64,000 bases of DNA from Longimicrobiales bacterium (GCA_965219445.1 CBDCNQ010000005.1:1088001-1152000), one strand, 5' to 3'. Positions 8,685 through 19,481 are shown, numbered from the stretch's first letter. Notes: generated from the sequence alone by a model not told the origin. Made by a program: numbers and translations.

Positions 8685-9437
8685 CTACCCGTCCGTCGGT
8701 ACCGTCAGGAGCTGACCGGCGTAGATGCGGCTGCCTCGGATGTCGTTGGCCGCCCTTAGCTTCGGTACGGTCGTCCCGTGGCGGCGGGCGATGGTCCAGA
8801 GTGAATCACCGTCACGAACCATATAGCGTGTTACAGCCGCGACTCGGCTCCCGGAACCGGTGGAGGCAGACAGCTCACTCACGTAATTAAGGTAGGGCTC
8901 CCGGAAAACGGCCACATGATAGTGCGACGGCTGCCGCTCCCTCGTTGCTTCCAAGACACCGGTCGCCTCCAGATAGAGGAGTGTACTCTCCAACCAGTAC
9001 CTGCATACGGAGTTCAAACTCGTGCGGAAATCAACCGCCATGCCCGTGGGATGAACGGAGAGAGACGAGGCGTTGCGGGGCTGTTCACTCAAAGGACGGG
9101 TGAGGCTCGTGACGACCAACTGCTCTCCACAAGCCTCGCGGTGCTGTCTTCCCAGACGTTCGACGAAGAGCTTCACCTCGGACCGACCGTACGGGAAAGA
9201 CACGTCGTGAAGTACGAAGTCCCGACTACTCGTCAAACGGACCAAGTAGCCCGCATCCACAAACCGCTGAATTTGTGCGTCTGTCCGAAGGAAGGTGAAG
9301 TCATAGGCCTGGGCACGCGCATATGCTCGGTTGATGGAAGCCTCAGAGCCCCGAAGCGCCTGCCCTTCGACCGGGACTATGCCGGGCGCTAAGAGCACCG
9401 AAAGCCCAACCAGCAGGCTCATAGGTCGCACCATCAC
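8685..9437 (-). CDS. Secreted DUF5715-like putative Zn metallopeptidase with C-terminal LysM
   Basis: Signal peptide; SLTRP, SVHPTGMAVD and HYH motifs; LysM YMVRDGDSLWTIARRHGTTV...IYAGQLLTVP. Confidence 0.75.
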   Translation of the reverse strand: MMVRPMSLLVGLSVLLAPGIVPVEGQALRGSEASINRAYARAQAYDFTFLRTDAQIQRFVDAGYLVRLTSSRDFVLHDVSFPYGRSEVKLFVERLGRQHREACGEQLVVTSLTRPLSEQPRNASSLSVHPTGMAVDFRTSLNSVCRYWLESTLLYLEATGVLEATRERQPSHYHVAVFREPYLNYVSELSASTGSGSRVAAVTRYMVRDGDSLWTIARRHGTTVPKLRAANDIRGSRIYAGQLLTVPTDG

Positions 9438-9572
9438 TATCCTCTCGACGTTGGGGGTCCCATCGGATCAGAGCATGCGCTTCAAGGTCCTGAATCAGGA
9501 CACTCGCCTATGTCTAAACATACGAATCGTGAAACACAAGGATTTCGTCATGCACGTCACCCATCGATCAGC

Positions 9573-10193
9573 TCACCCCCCGGCATCGGAGTAGTTGGCC
9601 GCCACCACATCCCAATTGACTACGTTCCACCACGCCGAGATGTAGTCGGGCCTCCGGTTCTGATAGTTCAGGTAGTAAGCATGCTCCCACACATCCACGC
9701 CGAGGATGGGTGTCGACCTCTCGGAAATTGGGTTGTCCTGGTTCGCGGTCGAAGACACGGCGAGGGCTCCGGAGGGTCCGACCGTGAGCCAGCCCCAGCC
9801 CGAGCCGAACTGCTTCCCGGCCGTGGCGCCGAGGGAGATCTTGAGGTCATCGAACGATCCAAAGGCGCTGTCGATGGCCTCCGCCAACTCCCCGGATGGC
9901 TCGCTCGCACCGCCCGGAGCCATGATCGCCCAGAACAACCCATGGTTTACGTAGCCACCGCCGTTGTTCCGCACGGCAGTACGAATCGCCTCGGGAAGCT
10001 CCGCCAGACCCACGAGGAGTTGTTCTCCCGAATGACCATGTAAATCCGGATACCCTTCGAGAGCGGCGTTCAAATTGTTGGTATAGCCCTGGTGGTGCTT
10101 CCCATGGTGGATCTCCATCGTGCGCGCGTCGATGTGCGGCTCCAGCGCATCGTAGTCATATCCCAATGCAGGCAGTTCGAACGGATATCCCAT
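9573..10193 (-). CDS. sodA: Superoxide dismutase, Mn-type signature
   Basis: [36 protein letters not shown]; start at MGYPFELP with AGGAG RBS. Confidence 0.95.
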   Translation of the reverse strand: MGYPFELPALGYDYDALEPHIDARTMEIHHGKHHQGYTNNLNAALEGYPDLHGHSGEQLLVGLAELPEAIRTAVRNNGGGYVNHGLFWAIMAPGGASEPSGELAEAIDSAFGSFDDLKISLGATAGKQFGSGWGWLTVGPSGALAVSSTANQDNPISERSTPILGVDVWEHAYYLNYQNRRPDYISAWWNVVNWDVVAANYSDAGG

Positions 10194-10359
10194 CGTTGTC
10201 TCTCCTATGATCGGCGGGTTCCTCGATACGCCGACCGGTCGCCGCGGTGGCGCCGTGGTCGGGCAGCGAACGGGATTGTACCGTACATCGATCGCCCTTC
10301 GCAAATAGGTCGCATGCGCCTTAAACTTGTCGGGATCGCTCGAACGTCACTCTTCCAAC

Positions 10360-11580
10360 ATGACACCCATGGCACCGGACGAGTCTAGCGCATCCCGACG
10401 GATCCTCCTGGTCGATTGCGACGCGTTCTATGTTCAGGTGGCGCGGCTCGAGGATCCGGAGGGTGCCGGCAAGGCGGACTTACTTCTGGTCGGTGGCTCC
10501 CGAACGGGGCGTGGCGTCGTCACGTCCGCATCCTACGGTGCACGCCGGTTCGGCGTTCGGTCCGCGATGCCCACGGCACAGGCCCTCCGCTTGTGCCCAG
10601 ACGCGACCGTCGTCGGCGTCCCGCGTCGGGCGTGCAGCCTCAAGAGCCGAGAGATCAGATCTTGCCTCGAAAAACTGGCACCGGTCGTGCAGGCCGCATC
10701 GATCGACGAGTTTTACTTGGATCTCGCCGGTACCGAACGTCTCTTCGGCGAATCTTTGGAAGTGACGGCCCGTCATATTCGCGAAACCGTCCTCGAGGCA
10801 ACCCGTATCTCGGTGTCCATCGGAGGTGGAACGCGCCGAATGATCGCCAAGCTCGCCTCCGGTGTCGCCAAGCCCGGGGGCGTGCACATAGTCCCGGTGG
10901 GCCAGGAGGCGGAGTTCATGAAGGGACTGGACCTCGCCGACATCCCGGGAGTGGGCCCCGCCCTCGTCGAGGTGCTGCGAAAACGGGGGCTGGTTCGGAT
11001 CGAAGAGGCATTGGAGGTCCAGCAACCGTGGCTCGAGCGGTGGGTCGGAGGCCACCGAGGGCGCTGGCTCTACCGCCGCATGCGAGGACTGGATTCGTCG
11101 AGGGTCGATCCACGGGAACCCCGCAAGTCCATCAGCTCCGAGCGCACGTTCTTCCAGGACCTGAAGTCGGATGAAGACCTGGAGCGTATGCTCTTGCGCC
11201 TCTGCGGATCGGTCACCCACACGCTCCGCAAGGCAGGCCTTCGAGCCCGAACCATCACCGTTAAACTCAGGGATGGCGACTTCAAGACCCGTTCGCGATC
11301 ACGGACCGTGGTTGAGCCGCTTGAAACCAACGGGGCCACGTACCGGATAGCCCGGGAACTCTTGGCGGAACTGAGAACCCAGCGTAGGACTCCGGCGCGG
11401 CTCCTCGGAGTGGGTCTGACCAACCTGGGCTCGGACCACGATGCCGCCCAATTTGGACTGTTCGAGGAGAAGGATCGCTTGGAAGGCCAACGAGAACGGA
11501 CCCTCGACCACGTCGTCGACGGTCTACGCGAGCGCTTCGGAGACGGCGCGGTCCTGCCCGGCCGCATCATCGGGGACTGA
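10360..11580 (+). CDS. dinB: DNA polymerase IV
   Basis: VDCDAFY, SYGARRFGVRSAMP, SIDEFY, AKLAS..AKP, KSISSERTF; exact start uncertain. Confidence 0.93.
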   Translation: MTPMAPDESSASRRILLVDCDAFYVQVARLEDPEGAGKADLLLVGGSRTGRGVVTSASYGARRFGVRSAMPTAQALRLCPDATVVGVPRRACSLKSREIRSCLEKLAPVVQAASIDEFYLDLAGTERLFGESLEVTARHIRETVLEATRISVSIGGGTRRMIAKLASGVAKPGGVHIVPVGQEAEFMKGLDLADIPGVGPALVEVLRKRGLVRIEEALEVQQPWLERWVGGHRGRWLYRRMRGLDSSRVDPREPRKSISSERTFFQDLKSDEDLERMLLRLCGSVTHTLRKAGLRARTITVKLRDGDFKTRSRSRTVVEPLETNGATYRIARELLAELRTQRRTPARLLGVGLTNLGSDHDAAQFGLFEEKDRLEGQRERTLDHVVDGLRERFGDGAVLPGRIIGD

Positions 11581-12273
11581 CAGGAGGGCCAAGTACCGTC
11601 CGCCGGAGCCCCTCCAGATTACCTCCATGTCCCACCCGGCAAGCCGGGCCCTACTATCCAGCGTGTCCGGATCGACGAACAACTGCGGAAAGATTTCTCC
11701 CACGTGTTCTCCGACCGAAAGCTGGTAGTGTAGCTCACCGATATAACGGCCGTCTCCGCCGGCACCCTCCGAGCACGGGTCATCGCGCAAATCGGTGGAG
11801 TCGAGGATGAGCGCCCCCCCCGGCCCGAGCACTGTGGCCGCAGCCCCGAGCAGGCGATCGAGACCCGAGAGGGTTTCCGCGATCATCGAGCCGTTCATGA
11901 GGAGGGTCACCGTGTCGTATGCGCTCGACGACGGCACGTCGAAGAGGGACCCTTCCCTGGCGTCCTCCAAACCGCGCGCTCGCATGATCCGGACGGCCTC
12001 CGGGATCTGGTCCAGAGCGGTGACCGCGTGGCCCCGCGCCTGAAGCACCAGTGCATGGGCACCCACGCCCGCTCCGACGTCGAGGACTCGTGAGCCGCAC
12101 TGGCGGAGCGCGATCGACTCCCACTCCTCGAACGCCTCTTCAGTGCGAAAGAAAAACGACGCGTGGATTTCTTCCGTCTGCCCGAAGTCATTTCGGACCG
12201 TCACCGCGACGTCCTCTCCGCGATCATGGAACGCCGCCAAAGCCGACCCGAGAGGAGACCATGGCGTGCTCAA
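11524..12273 (-). CDS. Class I SAM-dependent methyltransferase
   Basis: VLDVGAGVG motif I, YDTVTLLMNG; convergent 57-bp overlap with dinB. Confidence 0.85.
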   Translation of the reverse strand: MSTPWSPLGSALAAFHDRGEDVAVTVRNDFGQTEEIHASFFFRTEEAFEEWESIALRQCGSRVLDVGAGVGAHALVLQARGHAVTALDQIPEAVRIMRARGLEDAREGSLFDVPSSSAYDTVTLLMNGSMIAETLSGLDRLLGAAATVLGPGGALILDSTDLRDDPCSEGAGGDGRYIGELHYQLSVGEHVGEIFPQLFVDPDTLDSRARLAGWDMEVIWRGSGGRYLALLSVPDDAAGQDRAVSEALA

Positions 12274-12288
12274 AAGGATTCTACCGCC

Positions 12289-13989
12289 CTAGACCTTGCC
12301 AGTCGTCTTCCAGGGCTTCCTCTCGAAGTAGTCGTCCGTGAGCTCTTTGATCGTTCCCGAAAGCAGAACCAGGGCGATCAGGTTGGGAAGGATCACGATC
12401 CCGAGCGCGATGTCTCCCAATTCCCATACGAGATTCAGCGCGACCATCGCCCCCATGAAGTGCATGAGCAGGTACACGACCTTGTAGGGTAGAACGGCTC
12501 TCTCACCGAATAGGTAGATCGCGCAGCGGTCCCCGTAATAACTCCAGGATATGGCGGTCGAGATGCCGAACAGGAAGACCGAGAAGATCACGACGTAATG
12601 ACCCCAGTCGCCGAGAGGCGAGAGTCCCCTTCGGAAGGCATACATCGTGAGCGGTGCCCCGCTTTCCACCGCCATTCCCCAGAGCGAGGTATAAACGTTT
12701 CCCGCGCCGTCGACGGCTTCGCCTCGGCCGGGAAACACCGAACCGGTGAACACCTGAGTCATGCCCTCGTCCGTGTAGAGCTGTTCCACTGCGACCTCAT
12801 GCCACGCGATGAAAGCGGCACTCCCTGCAGCCTGCGTTCCGTTTTGAACCTGGACTTCAGCCGGTGGCGCGACGTCTTCATATCCCGCTTCGGCGTCGCC
12901 CGACACCCAGCTGAGATCCCCACCAGCGAGCGTGATTTCGGTGGGGACACGCTCATCGTACACGCCCATCATGACGATCACGAGCGCCGTCATGGTGACG
13001 ATCACGAGGGTATCGATGAAGGGCCCGAGCAGGGCGACGACCGCCTCGGAGACGGGCTCCTCTGTCTTCGCGGCCGCATGGGCGATGGGCGCGGAGCCCT
13101 GACCCGCCTCATTGGAGAAGAGTCCTCGATTGACCCCCCAAATCATGGTTACCATGATGGCGCCCACCCCGGTTCCGGCCACACCAGCCGTGGGATTGAA
13201 CGCCTCGCTGAAGATGGTCACGAACGCGGGGATCACGTCGCCGACGTTCATGAGAACGATGAGTAGGGCGGACAGTACATAGACCCCGGCCATCAACGGG
13301 GCCAGGATACTCGTAATGCGCCCAATGCGCGTGATGCCTCCCACAATCACTGAGGCCACGATGGAAACCAAGACCACACCGGTGATGAAGGGGGCAACGC
13401 CGAACGCGGTCTCGGCGGTGTCGGCCACAGTGTTCGCCTGAATGGCGTTCCCCGTGAAGAAGGCCGTGAATCCGAGCATCGCTGCGAAGAATACGGCCAT
13501 CCATTTCCAGTTCGACCCGAGTCCGTGCTCGATATAGTACATGGGTCCACCCGAGACGGTGCCCACTACCTTCTCGGCGCCTGCATGGACCGAGCGGTAA
13601 TGCATGGAAAGGGCGACTTCGGCATACTTGGTGGCCATTCCCAGGACCGCGGTCAGCCACATCCAGACCAAGGCGCCGGGGCCTCCCCAATGTACGGCCA
13701 GCGCGACGCCGGCAATGTTGCCGATACCGACCGTGGCGGAAAGCGCCGTCGTGAGCGCTTGAAAGTGCGAGACATCCCCCGTGCTTGCAGGATCATCGTA
13801 ACGGCCCGTGGCAACCGCGACACCATGGCCGAAATGCCGCAGCTGGATAAAGCCGAGGCGGAGCGTAAGGAAGGTGCCCGCCCCGATGAGGACGATAACC
13901 ACGAGGGGAATGGTCGAATCCCCTACAGGAATTCCCCACTCCCATACGGAAATCCGGACGGCAGTGACGACGTTCTCGAGAGTTTCCAT
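12289..13989 (-). CDS. agcS: Sodium:alanine/glycine symporter (AgcS family)
   Basis: ATVGIGNIAGVA, GGPGALVWMW, GGPMYYI, RGLFSNEAGQGS, SWSYYG. Confidence 0.93.
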   Translation of the reverse strand: METLENVVTAVRISVWEWGIPVGDSTIPLVVIVLIGAGTFLTLRLGFIQLRHFGHGVAVATGRYDDPASTGDVSHFQALTTALSATVGIGNIAGVALAVHWGGPGALVWMWLTAVLGMATKYAEVALSMHYRSVHAGAEKVVGTVSGGPMYYIEHGLGSNWKWMAVFFAAMLGFTAFFTGNAIQANTVADTAETAFGVAPFITGVVLVSIVASVIVGGITRIGRITSILAPLMAGVYVLSALLIVLMNVGDVIPAFVTIFSEAFNPTAGVAGTGVGAIMVTMIWGVNRGLFSNEAGQGSAPIAHAAAKTEEPVSEAVVALLGPFIDTLVIVTMTALVIVMMGVYDERVPTEITLAGGDLSWVSGDAEAGYEDVAPPAEVQVQNGTQAAGSAAFIAWHEVAVEQLYTDEGMTQVFTGSVFPGRGEAVDGAGNVYTSLWGMAVESGAPLTMYAFRRGLSPLGDWGHYVVIFSVFLFGISTAISWSYYGDRCAIYLFGERAVLPYKVVYLLMHFMGAMVALNLVWELGDIALGIVILPNLIALVLLSGTIKELTDDYFERKPWKTTGKV

Positions 13990-14001
13990 TACGCATCCCT
14001 A

Positions 14002-14034
14002 GAAGGCTGTTGAGGAAGTACACTGGGCCGCGTT
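14002..14034. repeat. Solitary degenerate end of the MITE-like family seen at 29216-29486
   Basis: GAAGGCTGTTGAGGAAGTACACTGGGCCGCGTT matches the element's left end at 25/33 positions by eye and is preceded by CTA like the element's right end. Confidence 0.5.
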
Positions 14035-14122
14035 GCGGATGCCACGGGCCGTCTGCAAGACGAAGGGGAGGAAGATTGTGTCGTGGGGTCACGCGGGCAA
14101 GGCGATCCGACGAGACCTCGGG

Positions 14123-14476
14123 TTACTCGGGATCCGACAACATTCTCCCAAGAGGGCGGCCGCCGAGCAGGTGCAGATGGACGTGATACACTTCCTGGCC
14201 GGCATGGGCCCGGCAGTTCAGGATGAGCCTGTATCCCTCCTCGTCGATCCCCTCTTCCTCAGCGATCTTGGCGGCTACCCGGATCATACGGCCCAGCGCC
14301 GCCTCGTCCTCTTCGGTCACGTCGGCGACGGTGGGAACCGGTTTGTTGGGGACGACGAGAATGTGGGTGGGAGCTTGGGCTTGGACATCCCGAAACGCCG
14401 TTACGAGCTCGTCCTGATAGACGAGGTCGGCGGGGATTTCCCTTCGGACGATCTGTGCGAAAACCGTGTCCGTCAT
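14123..14476 (-). CDS. hinT: Histidine triad nucleotide-binding protein
   Basis: [31 protein letters not shown]. Confidence 0.93.
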   Translation of the reverse strand: MTDTVFAQIVRREIPADLVYQDELVTAFRDVQAQAPTHILVVPNKPVPTVADVTEEDEAALGRMIRVAAKIAEEEGIDEEGYRLILNCRAHAGQEVYHVHLHLLGGRPLGRMLSDPE

Positions 14477-14531
14477 TCTGAACACCGTCCCGTGTTGGGG
14501 CGGCGCGGCGTGGCCATGGAGTGGCTGTCGC

Positions 14532-15734
14532 CTACCCCACCGCGTTGATCATGTCGAAGATGGGCAAGTATATGGCAACGATCATACCACCCACTACGAC
14601 ACCAAGCACGACGATCATGATCGGCTCCATAGCCGCCAGGAGCACCTCCACTGCCGCATCGACCTCATCGTCATAGAAGTCAGCGATCTTCGTCAGCATG
14701 TTATCCAAGCCGCCCGTCTGCTCACCCACATTGATCATCTGCACCACCATCGGCGGGAACACGCCCGACTCCTTGAGAGGCCCCGCAATCGTCTCACCAC
14801 CGGCGATGGAGGTGCGCGAGCTCATGACGGCGTCGTGGATCACTCGGTTGCCCGCCGTCTTGGCCGTGATCTCGAGTCCTTCCAGAATCGAGACGCCCGA
14901 AGACACCAGGGTCCCCAGCGTGCGCGTAAACCGCGCGACCGCGGCTTTGCGCTGAAGGTCTCCCAGGATCGGCATTGCCAGCAAGAGCCTGTCGATAGCA
15001 AGGTTCCCCCCGGGCGTAGCGTAGATGGCCCGAATCGCGAAAACGGTGATCACGATGCCAACTGCGAGCGCCCACCAGAAGGACTGCAGGAAGGCCGACA
15101 TGGCGATCACGATCCGCGTCGGAAGCGGAAGCGGGATACCCGCCGATTCAAACATTGTCTGGAAGGTCGGAATCACGAAGATCAAGAGAATGACGATGGC
15201 GATCCCCGCCACGGAGAAGATCACGGACGGATAGACCATGGCACCCTTGATCTTCCGTATGAGCGCGTCGTTCTTTTCCAGGAATGTCGCCAGACGCAGC
15301 AGAATGGTATCGAGGATACCACCGGCCTCACCCGCCGCCACCATGTTGACGAAGAGTTCACTGAAGACCTTCGGGTGCTTCCCCATCGCGGCGGCGAGCG
15401 TGTGGCCGGACTCGACGTCGTACAGCACCTCCCGTTGGACCTTGGAGAAGGCGGCGTTCTCTGTCTGTTCGGCCAGAATGTCCAAGCTCTGCACGAGAGG
15501 AAGACCCGAGTTGATCATCGTCGCGAACTGTCGTGTGAAGATCACGATGTCGCGAGTTGTGACCCCCGAACCGAACTGAAGAGAGAACTGTTTCGGCTGC
15601 TCCCGTACGGCAACCGGGATCAGTCTCTGCTTATGAAGAAAGGCAATGACGTCTTCCTTCTTTGGAAGCTCGATCTTCCCCTCTTTGATGTCACCACCCG
15701 CCGCCGGGCGGGCACTCCAGTCGAAGGTCGGCAT
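14532..15734 (-). CDS. pilC: Type IV pilus platform protein (GspF family)
   Basis: [42 protein letters not shown]. Confidence 0.95.
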   Translation of the reverse strand: MPTFDWSARPAAGGDIKEGKIELPKKEDVIAFLHKQRLIPVAVREQPKQFSLQFGSGVTTRDIVIFTRQFATMINSGLPLVQSLDILAEQTENAAFSKVQREVLYDVESGHTLAAAMGKHPKVFSELFVNMVAAGEAGGILDTILLRLATFLEKNDALIRKIKGAMVYPSVIFSVAGIAIVILLIFVIPTFQTMFESAGIPLPLPTRIVIAMSAFLQSFWWALAVGIVITVFAIRAIYATPGGNLAIDRLLLAMPILGDLQRKAAVARFTRTLGTLVSSGVSILEGLEITAKTAGNRVIHDAVMSSRTSIAGGETIAGPLKESGVFPPMVVQMINVGEQTGGLDNMLTKIADFYDDEVDAAVEVLLAAMEPIMIVVLGVVVGGMIVAIYLPIFDMINAVG

Positions 15735-15740
15735 ATTCGT

Positions 15741-16928
15741 TTACTTACCTGTTCTTTGAGTTGGGGATGCTGATTCCACTGCGGGTTCACCCACAGCGCG
15801 CAGAAATTCATTTGGGTTAGAGGAGCGTTTGAGGGCCTCCTCCTTGGTGATCAGGCCCTGCATATAGAGCTGATGGAAGGCATCGTTCATCGTCTGCATG
15901 CCATGCTTCTTCCCAGCCTGCATCAGCGAATAGATCTGATGGATTTTCTCGTCACGGATGACGGCACGGATCGCGGGAGTGCAGATCATGACCTCGGCCG
16001 CGCAGACTCGGCCGCGTCCTTTCGTCTTCGGGAGCAGCATCTGTGTCACCACTCCTTCGAGAACGAAGGCGAGCTGCGCGCGCACCTGTGACTGCTGGTG
16101 GGACGGGAAGGCGTCGATCATCCGGTTGATGGACTCGGCGGCCGAGTTGGTATGAAGCGTCGCGAGCACGAGGTGACCCGTCTCGGCGATCGTAAGGGCG
16201 GCGCCGATCGTTTCCAGATCTCGCATCTCCCCGATCAAGATAATGTCCGGGTCCTGCCGAAGCGTGTATTTGAGCGCGGCCGTGAAGCTGTGTGTATCCG
16301 CACCTACTTCACGCTGGTTCACCATGCACCGTTGGTGCCTGTGGATGAACTCGATGGGGTCCTCGATAGTGATGATGTGCCCGCGACGTTCCTTGTTGAT
16401 CAAGTCCACCAAAGCGGCCAGCGTGGTCGACTTCCCAGCCCCGGTGGGGCCTGTGACGAGGACGAGCCCGCGCGGGCGTTCCGCCAATGCCGTGAGGATC
16501 GGAGGCAGGCCGAGTTGTTCGATCGAGGTGATCTCGTACGGGATCTGCCGGATCGCCAGGGCAACACAGCCCCTCTGCTTGAACACGTTCCCACGGAATC
16601 GGGAGAGGTTCTGGACACCGAATGAGAAGTCCAGCTCGGCCTCGGTCTCGAAGCGCTTCTTTTGGTTTTCCGTAAGGATGGAGTAGGCGATCTGGAGCGT
16701 ATCCTTCGGCTTCAAGACGTAATCGATCTGGGAATCGCAGAGTTCTCCATCGATCCGGATCTTCGCCCTCACGCCCGCCGTGACATGGAGGTCAGAGGCA
16801 CCCTTCTGGATCATCTCCTGGAGGAGGACCCGGAGATTGACCTCCTGGGCCGAAGCCCCGTGCTGCGGTGGTGCGGCCTCCGCCGTGGGGGTCTCCGCGG
16901 GGGTCGCCGTGGGGGTCGGTTGGTTCAT
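15741..16928 (-). CDS. pilT: Type IV pilus retraction ATPase
   Basis: GASDLH, GPTGAGKSTT, TIEDPIE, LRQDPD, AETGHLV, AIRAVIRD (AIRNLIRE-like), GMQTM. Confidence 0.95.
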   Translation of the reverse strand: MNQPTPTATPAETPTAEAAPPQHGASAQEVNLRVLLQEMIQKGASDLHVTAGVRAKIRIDGELCDSQIDYVLKPKDTLQIAYSILTENQKKRFETEAELDFSFGVQNLSRFRGNVFKQRGCVALAIRQIPYEITSIEQLGLPPILTALAERPRGLVLVTGPTGAGKSTTLAALVDLINKERRGHIITIEDPIEFIHRHQRCMVNQREVGADTHSFTAALKYTLRQDPDIILIGEMRDLETIGAALTIAETGHLVLATLHTNSAAESINRMIDAFPSHQQSQVRAQLAFVLEGVVTQMLLPKTKGRGRVCAAEVMICTPAIRAVIRDEKIHQIYSLMQAGKKHGMQTMNDAFHQLYMQGLITKEEALKRSSNPNEFLRAVGEPAVESASPTQRTGK

Positions 16929-16960
16929 TCGGTTCGCTTTACGAGTAAATTTTCCATGGA

Positions 16961-18676
16961 TCAGTCAGCGGCGGAGGTCTCTTTAACGACCTCTTCCAAC
17001 GTCGTGGCACCTTTTTCAACCTTCTTGAGGCCGTCCATACGAAGGGTGAGCATGCCATTGTCCAACGCCACTTGTCGAAGTTCGTCCGTGCTGGCCTCCA
17101 TCATGATGGCCTTCCGGATCTCCGAGTTGACGGCCAGGACTTCGTACAGGCCCTGTCGACCCTTATATCCGGAGCCACCACAGTTGTCGCAGCCCTGTCC
17201 TTTATAAAAGGTTTGGGTGCCGGCCCAGTCGAGCGAGATCTTTGCGGAATTCAGGAATTCTTCATCGTATGTGGTCTCCACCCTGCAGTCCGAGCAGATC
17301 CGTCGCAGAAGCCTCTGGGCCGTGATGAGATTGAGGGCCGCGGCTAGATTGAACGGCTCCAACCCCATGTCGATCATTCTGGTGATCGTCGATGGCGTAT
17401 CGTTCGTGTGCAGTGTGGAGAGCACTAGGTGACCGGTGAGCGCGGCCTTGATGGCGATGCCGCCTGTCTCGATGTCCCGGATCTCACCGACCATGATGAT
17501 GTTCGGGTCCTGCCTCAGGAACGCCTTGAGCGCAGTAGCAAAGCCCATCCCGATCTCGTTGCGGACGAGAACCTGGTTGATCCCGTAGAGGTTATACTCA
17601 ACCGGATCCTCGGCGGTCATTATGTTGACGCCCTCATCGTTGATCTGGGAGAGCGCGGAATAAAGCGTCGTGGTCTTACCGGAACCGGTCGGGCCGGTCA
17701 CCAGGACCATGCCGTAGGGGTTCGCGATCGCGTCCATGAACTCCTTTTCGGCCTGGGGCTCGAACCCGAACGAGCCGAGATCGAACGTGAGGTTCCCCGC
17801 ATCCAGGATACGCAGCACGATCTTCTCGCCGAAAATCACCGGAAGCGTCGAGACACGGAAGTCGACCACCTTCCTTTTCATCCGGAGCTTGATACGCCCG
17901 TCCTGAGGGACCCTGCGCTCCGCGATGTTCAGGTCCGACAGAATCTTGATCCGCGACACGAGGGCAGCCTTCATCTTCATCGGCGGCTTCATGACCTCGT
18001 ACAGCGCTCCGTCTAGCCGGTAGCGCACTCGGACTTCCTTCTCATAGGGCTCGATGTGTATGTCGGAAACGCCCTTGCGGACGGCGTCGGTGAGCAGGCC
18101 GTTGATGAACTTGACGACCGGCGCATCCTCGACCTGGACCTGAAGAGCAGCGAGATTCTCCTCCTCTTCCTCCTCTTCGACAAACTCGAGATCCTCTTCC
18201 AGAAAGTCGCCGAGAAGATCGTCGACCTGGTCCTCCGAGACGCCGTAGTACTTCTCCAGATGCTTGCGTAAGGTGTACTCTCCGACGATTACCGGTTCGA
18301 TATCGTATCGGGTCTTGAACCGGAGGACATCGATGGCTTCCATCTCGGACGGGTTGGCCATCGCCACCGTCAACGTCCGGCCCACCCTGCGCAGCGGAAG
18401 CACGAGGTGCTTGTATGCCATCTCCCCATCGATGAGCTTGAAGATCTTGGCATCGACGTCGACCTTCTCAAGGTCGACCGCCGGAAGGCGGTACTGCTTG
18501 GAAAGCATCCGAGTCAATTCGTTTTCGCCCACGAACCCGAGCTTGACCAGAGAGAACCCTACACGCGTGCCGCTTTCCTTGGCGTCTGCCAACGCGTCTT
18601 GGAGTTGTTTGGCATCGATGAGGCCTTCCCGAACGAAAAGGTCACCGAGGCGAAGTTCTGCGACGTTTGTTGCCAT
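16961..18676 (-). CDS. pilB: Type IV pilus extension ATPase
   Basis: N-terminal RLGDLFV (MshEN-like), SDIHIEP, PQDGRI, GPTGSGKTTT, two CxxC pairs. Confidence 0.95.
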   Translation of the reverse strand: MATNVAELRLGDLFVREGLIDAKQLQDALADAKESGTRVGFSLVKLGFVGENELTRMLSKQYRLPAVDLEKVDVDAKIFKLIDGEMAYKHLVLPLRRVGRTLTVAMANPSEMEAIDVLRFKTRYDIEPVIVGEYTLRKHLEKYYGVSEDQVDDLLGDFLEEDLEFVEEEEEEENLAALQVQVEDAPVVKFINGLLTDAVRKGVSDIHIEPYEKEVRVRYRLDGALYEVMKPPMKMKAALVSRIKILSDLNIAERRVPQDGRIKLRMKRKVVDFRVSTLPVIFGEKIVLRILDAGNLTFDLGSFGFEPQAEKEFMDAIANPYGMVLVTGPTGSGKTTTLYSALSQINDEGVNIMTAEDPVEYNLYGINQVLVRNEIGMGFATALKAFLRQDPNIIMVGEIRDIETGGIAIKAALTGHLVLSTLHTNDTPSTITRMIDMGLEPFNLAAALNLITAQRLLRRICSDCRVETTYDEEFLNSAKISLDWAGTQTFYKGQGCDNCGGSGYKGRQGLYEVLAVNSEIRKAIMMEASTDELRQVALDNGMLTLRMDGLKKVEKGATTLEEVVKETSAAD

Positions 18677-18775
18677 CGCTTGGAGCCCCTCCGCGGGGCA
18701 AGAACTGCGTGGAAACGTTTGTGTCCCAAACCCAAAGTTAGACGCGGGAGCCCCCGAGGTGCAAGAATAAAAAAC

Positions 18776-19444
18776 TCAACGTCCGACAATTACGAGGGAC
18801 CTAATTCGTTCTATCGTAGCGGGGCCGATTCCACGGACAGACTCAAGCTCCTGCAACCCTCGGAATCTCCCTAGGTCTTGTCGTAACGTCAGGATGCGCT
18901 CAGCCATCACTGGGCCGATCCCCGGTAGCCTCTGCAACTCTTCACCGCTCGCTCGATTGAGGTCGAGGCGGGCCGGTTTGCGAGCCTCGGGATCTGGATC
19001 CGGGCGAGAGGGGCGGGCCGCGCGCTCGATCCGGGGCCGAGTCGACCACTCGAGGTAGGGTGTAATTCTGGCAAGAGTGGCCGGTCCCACGCCCCTCACG
19101 GAAAGAAGATCGCGCGGCTCGGCGAACGGCCCACGGTCCTGCCGCATCTGAACGATTCTCCCAGCCACTTCGGCACCCACGCCGGGCAGGCGATCCAGAT
19201 CCTCCTCTCCGGCGGTATTGGGGTCGATCCGCTCGTCCTCCGTCAGCGGAAGCGCTCGCCTCCGGGCGTCGTCTCGGCTTCTCCGGCTCTCATCAAGCAA
19301 TACAGCCAAGCCCGACGAATCCTGGACCACGGCTCCTCGGGTCGTCACCGGGCTCTGGACACTTTCTACCGTGCTTCGAAGGAGACCCAGGCCTAGCACC
19401 AACAGAGCGGCGCGCCTGAGGGCACGGGTCTCAGAGGAAGTCAT
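18776..19444 (-). CDS. comEA: ComEA-family DNA-binding protein with two helix-hairpin-helix modules
   Basis: N-terminal hydrophobic segment; two repeats (IDPNTAGEEDLDRLPGVG...VRGVGP and LDLNRASGEELQRLPGIGP...VRGIGP). Confidence 0.85.
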   Translation of the reverse strand: MTSSETRALRRAALLVLGLGLLRSTVESVQSPVTTRGAVVQDSSGLAVLLDESRRSRDDARRRALPLTEDERIDPNTAGEEDLDRLPGVGAEVAGRIVQMRQDRGPFAEPRDLLSVRGVGPATLARITPYLEWSTRPRIERAARPSRPDPDPEARKPARLDLNRASGEELQRLPGIGPVMAERILTLRQDLGRFRGLQELESVRGIGPATIERIRSLVIVGR

Positions 19445-19481
19445 TCGCCACGGTGCCCTCAACAGCCGGGCGTCGCCATGG

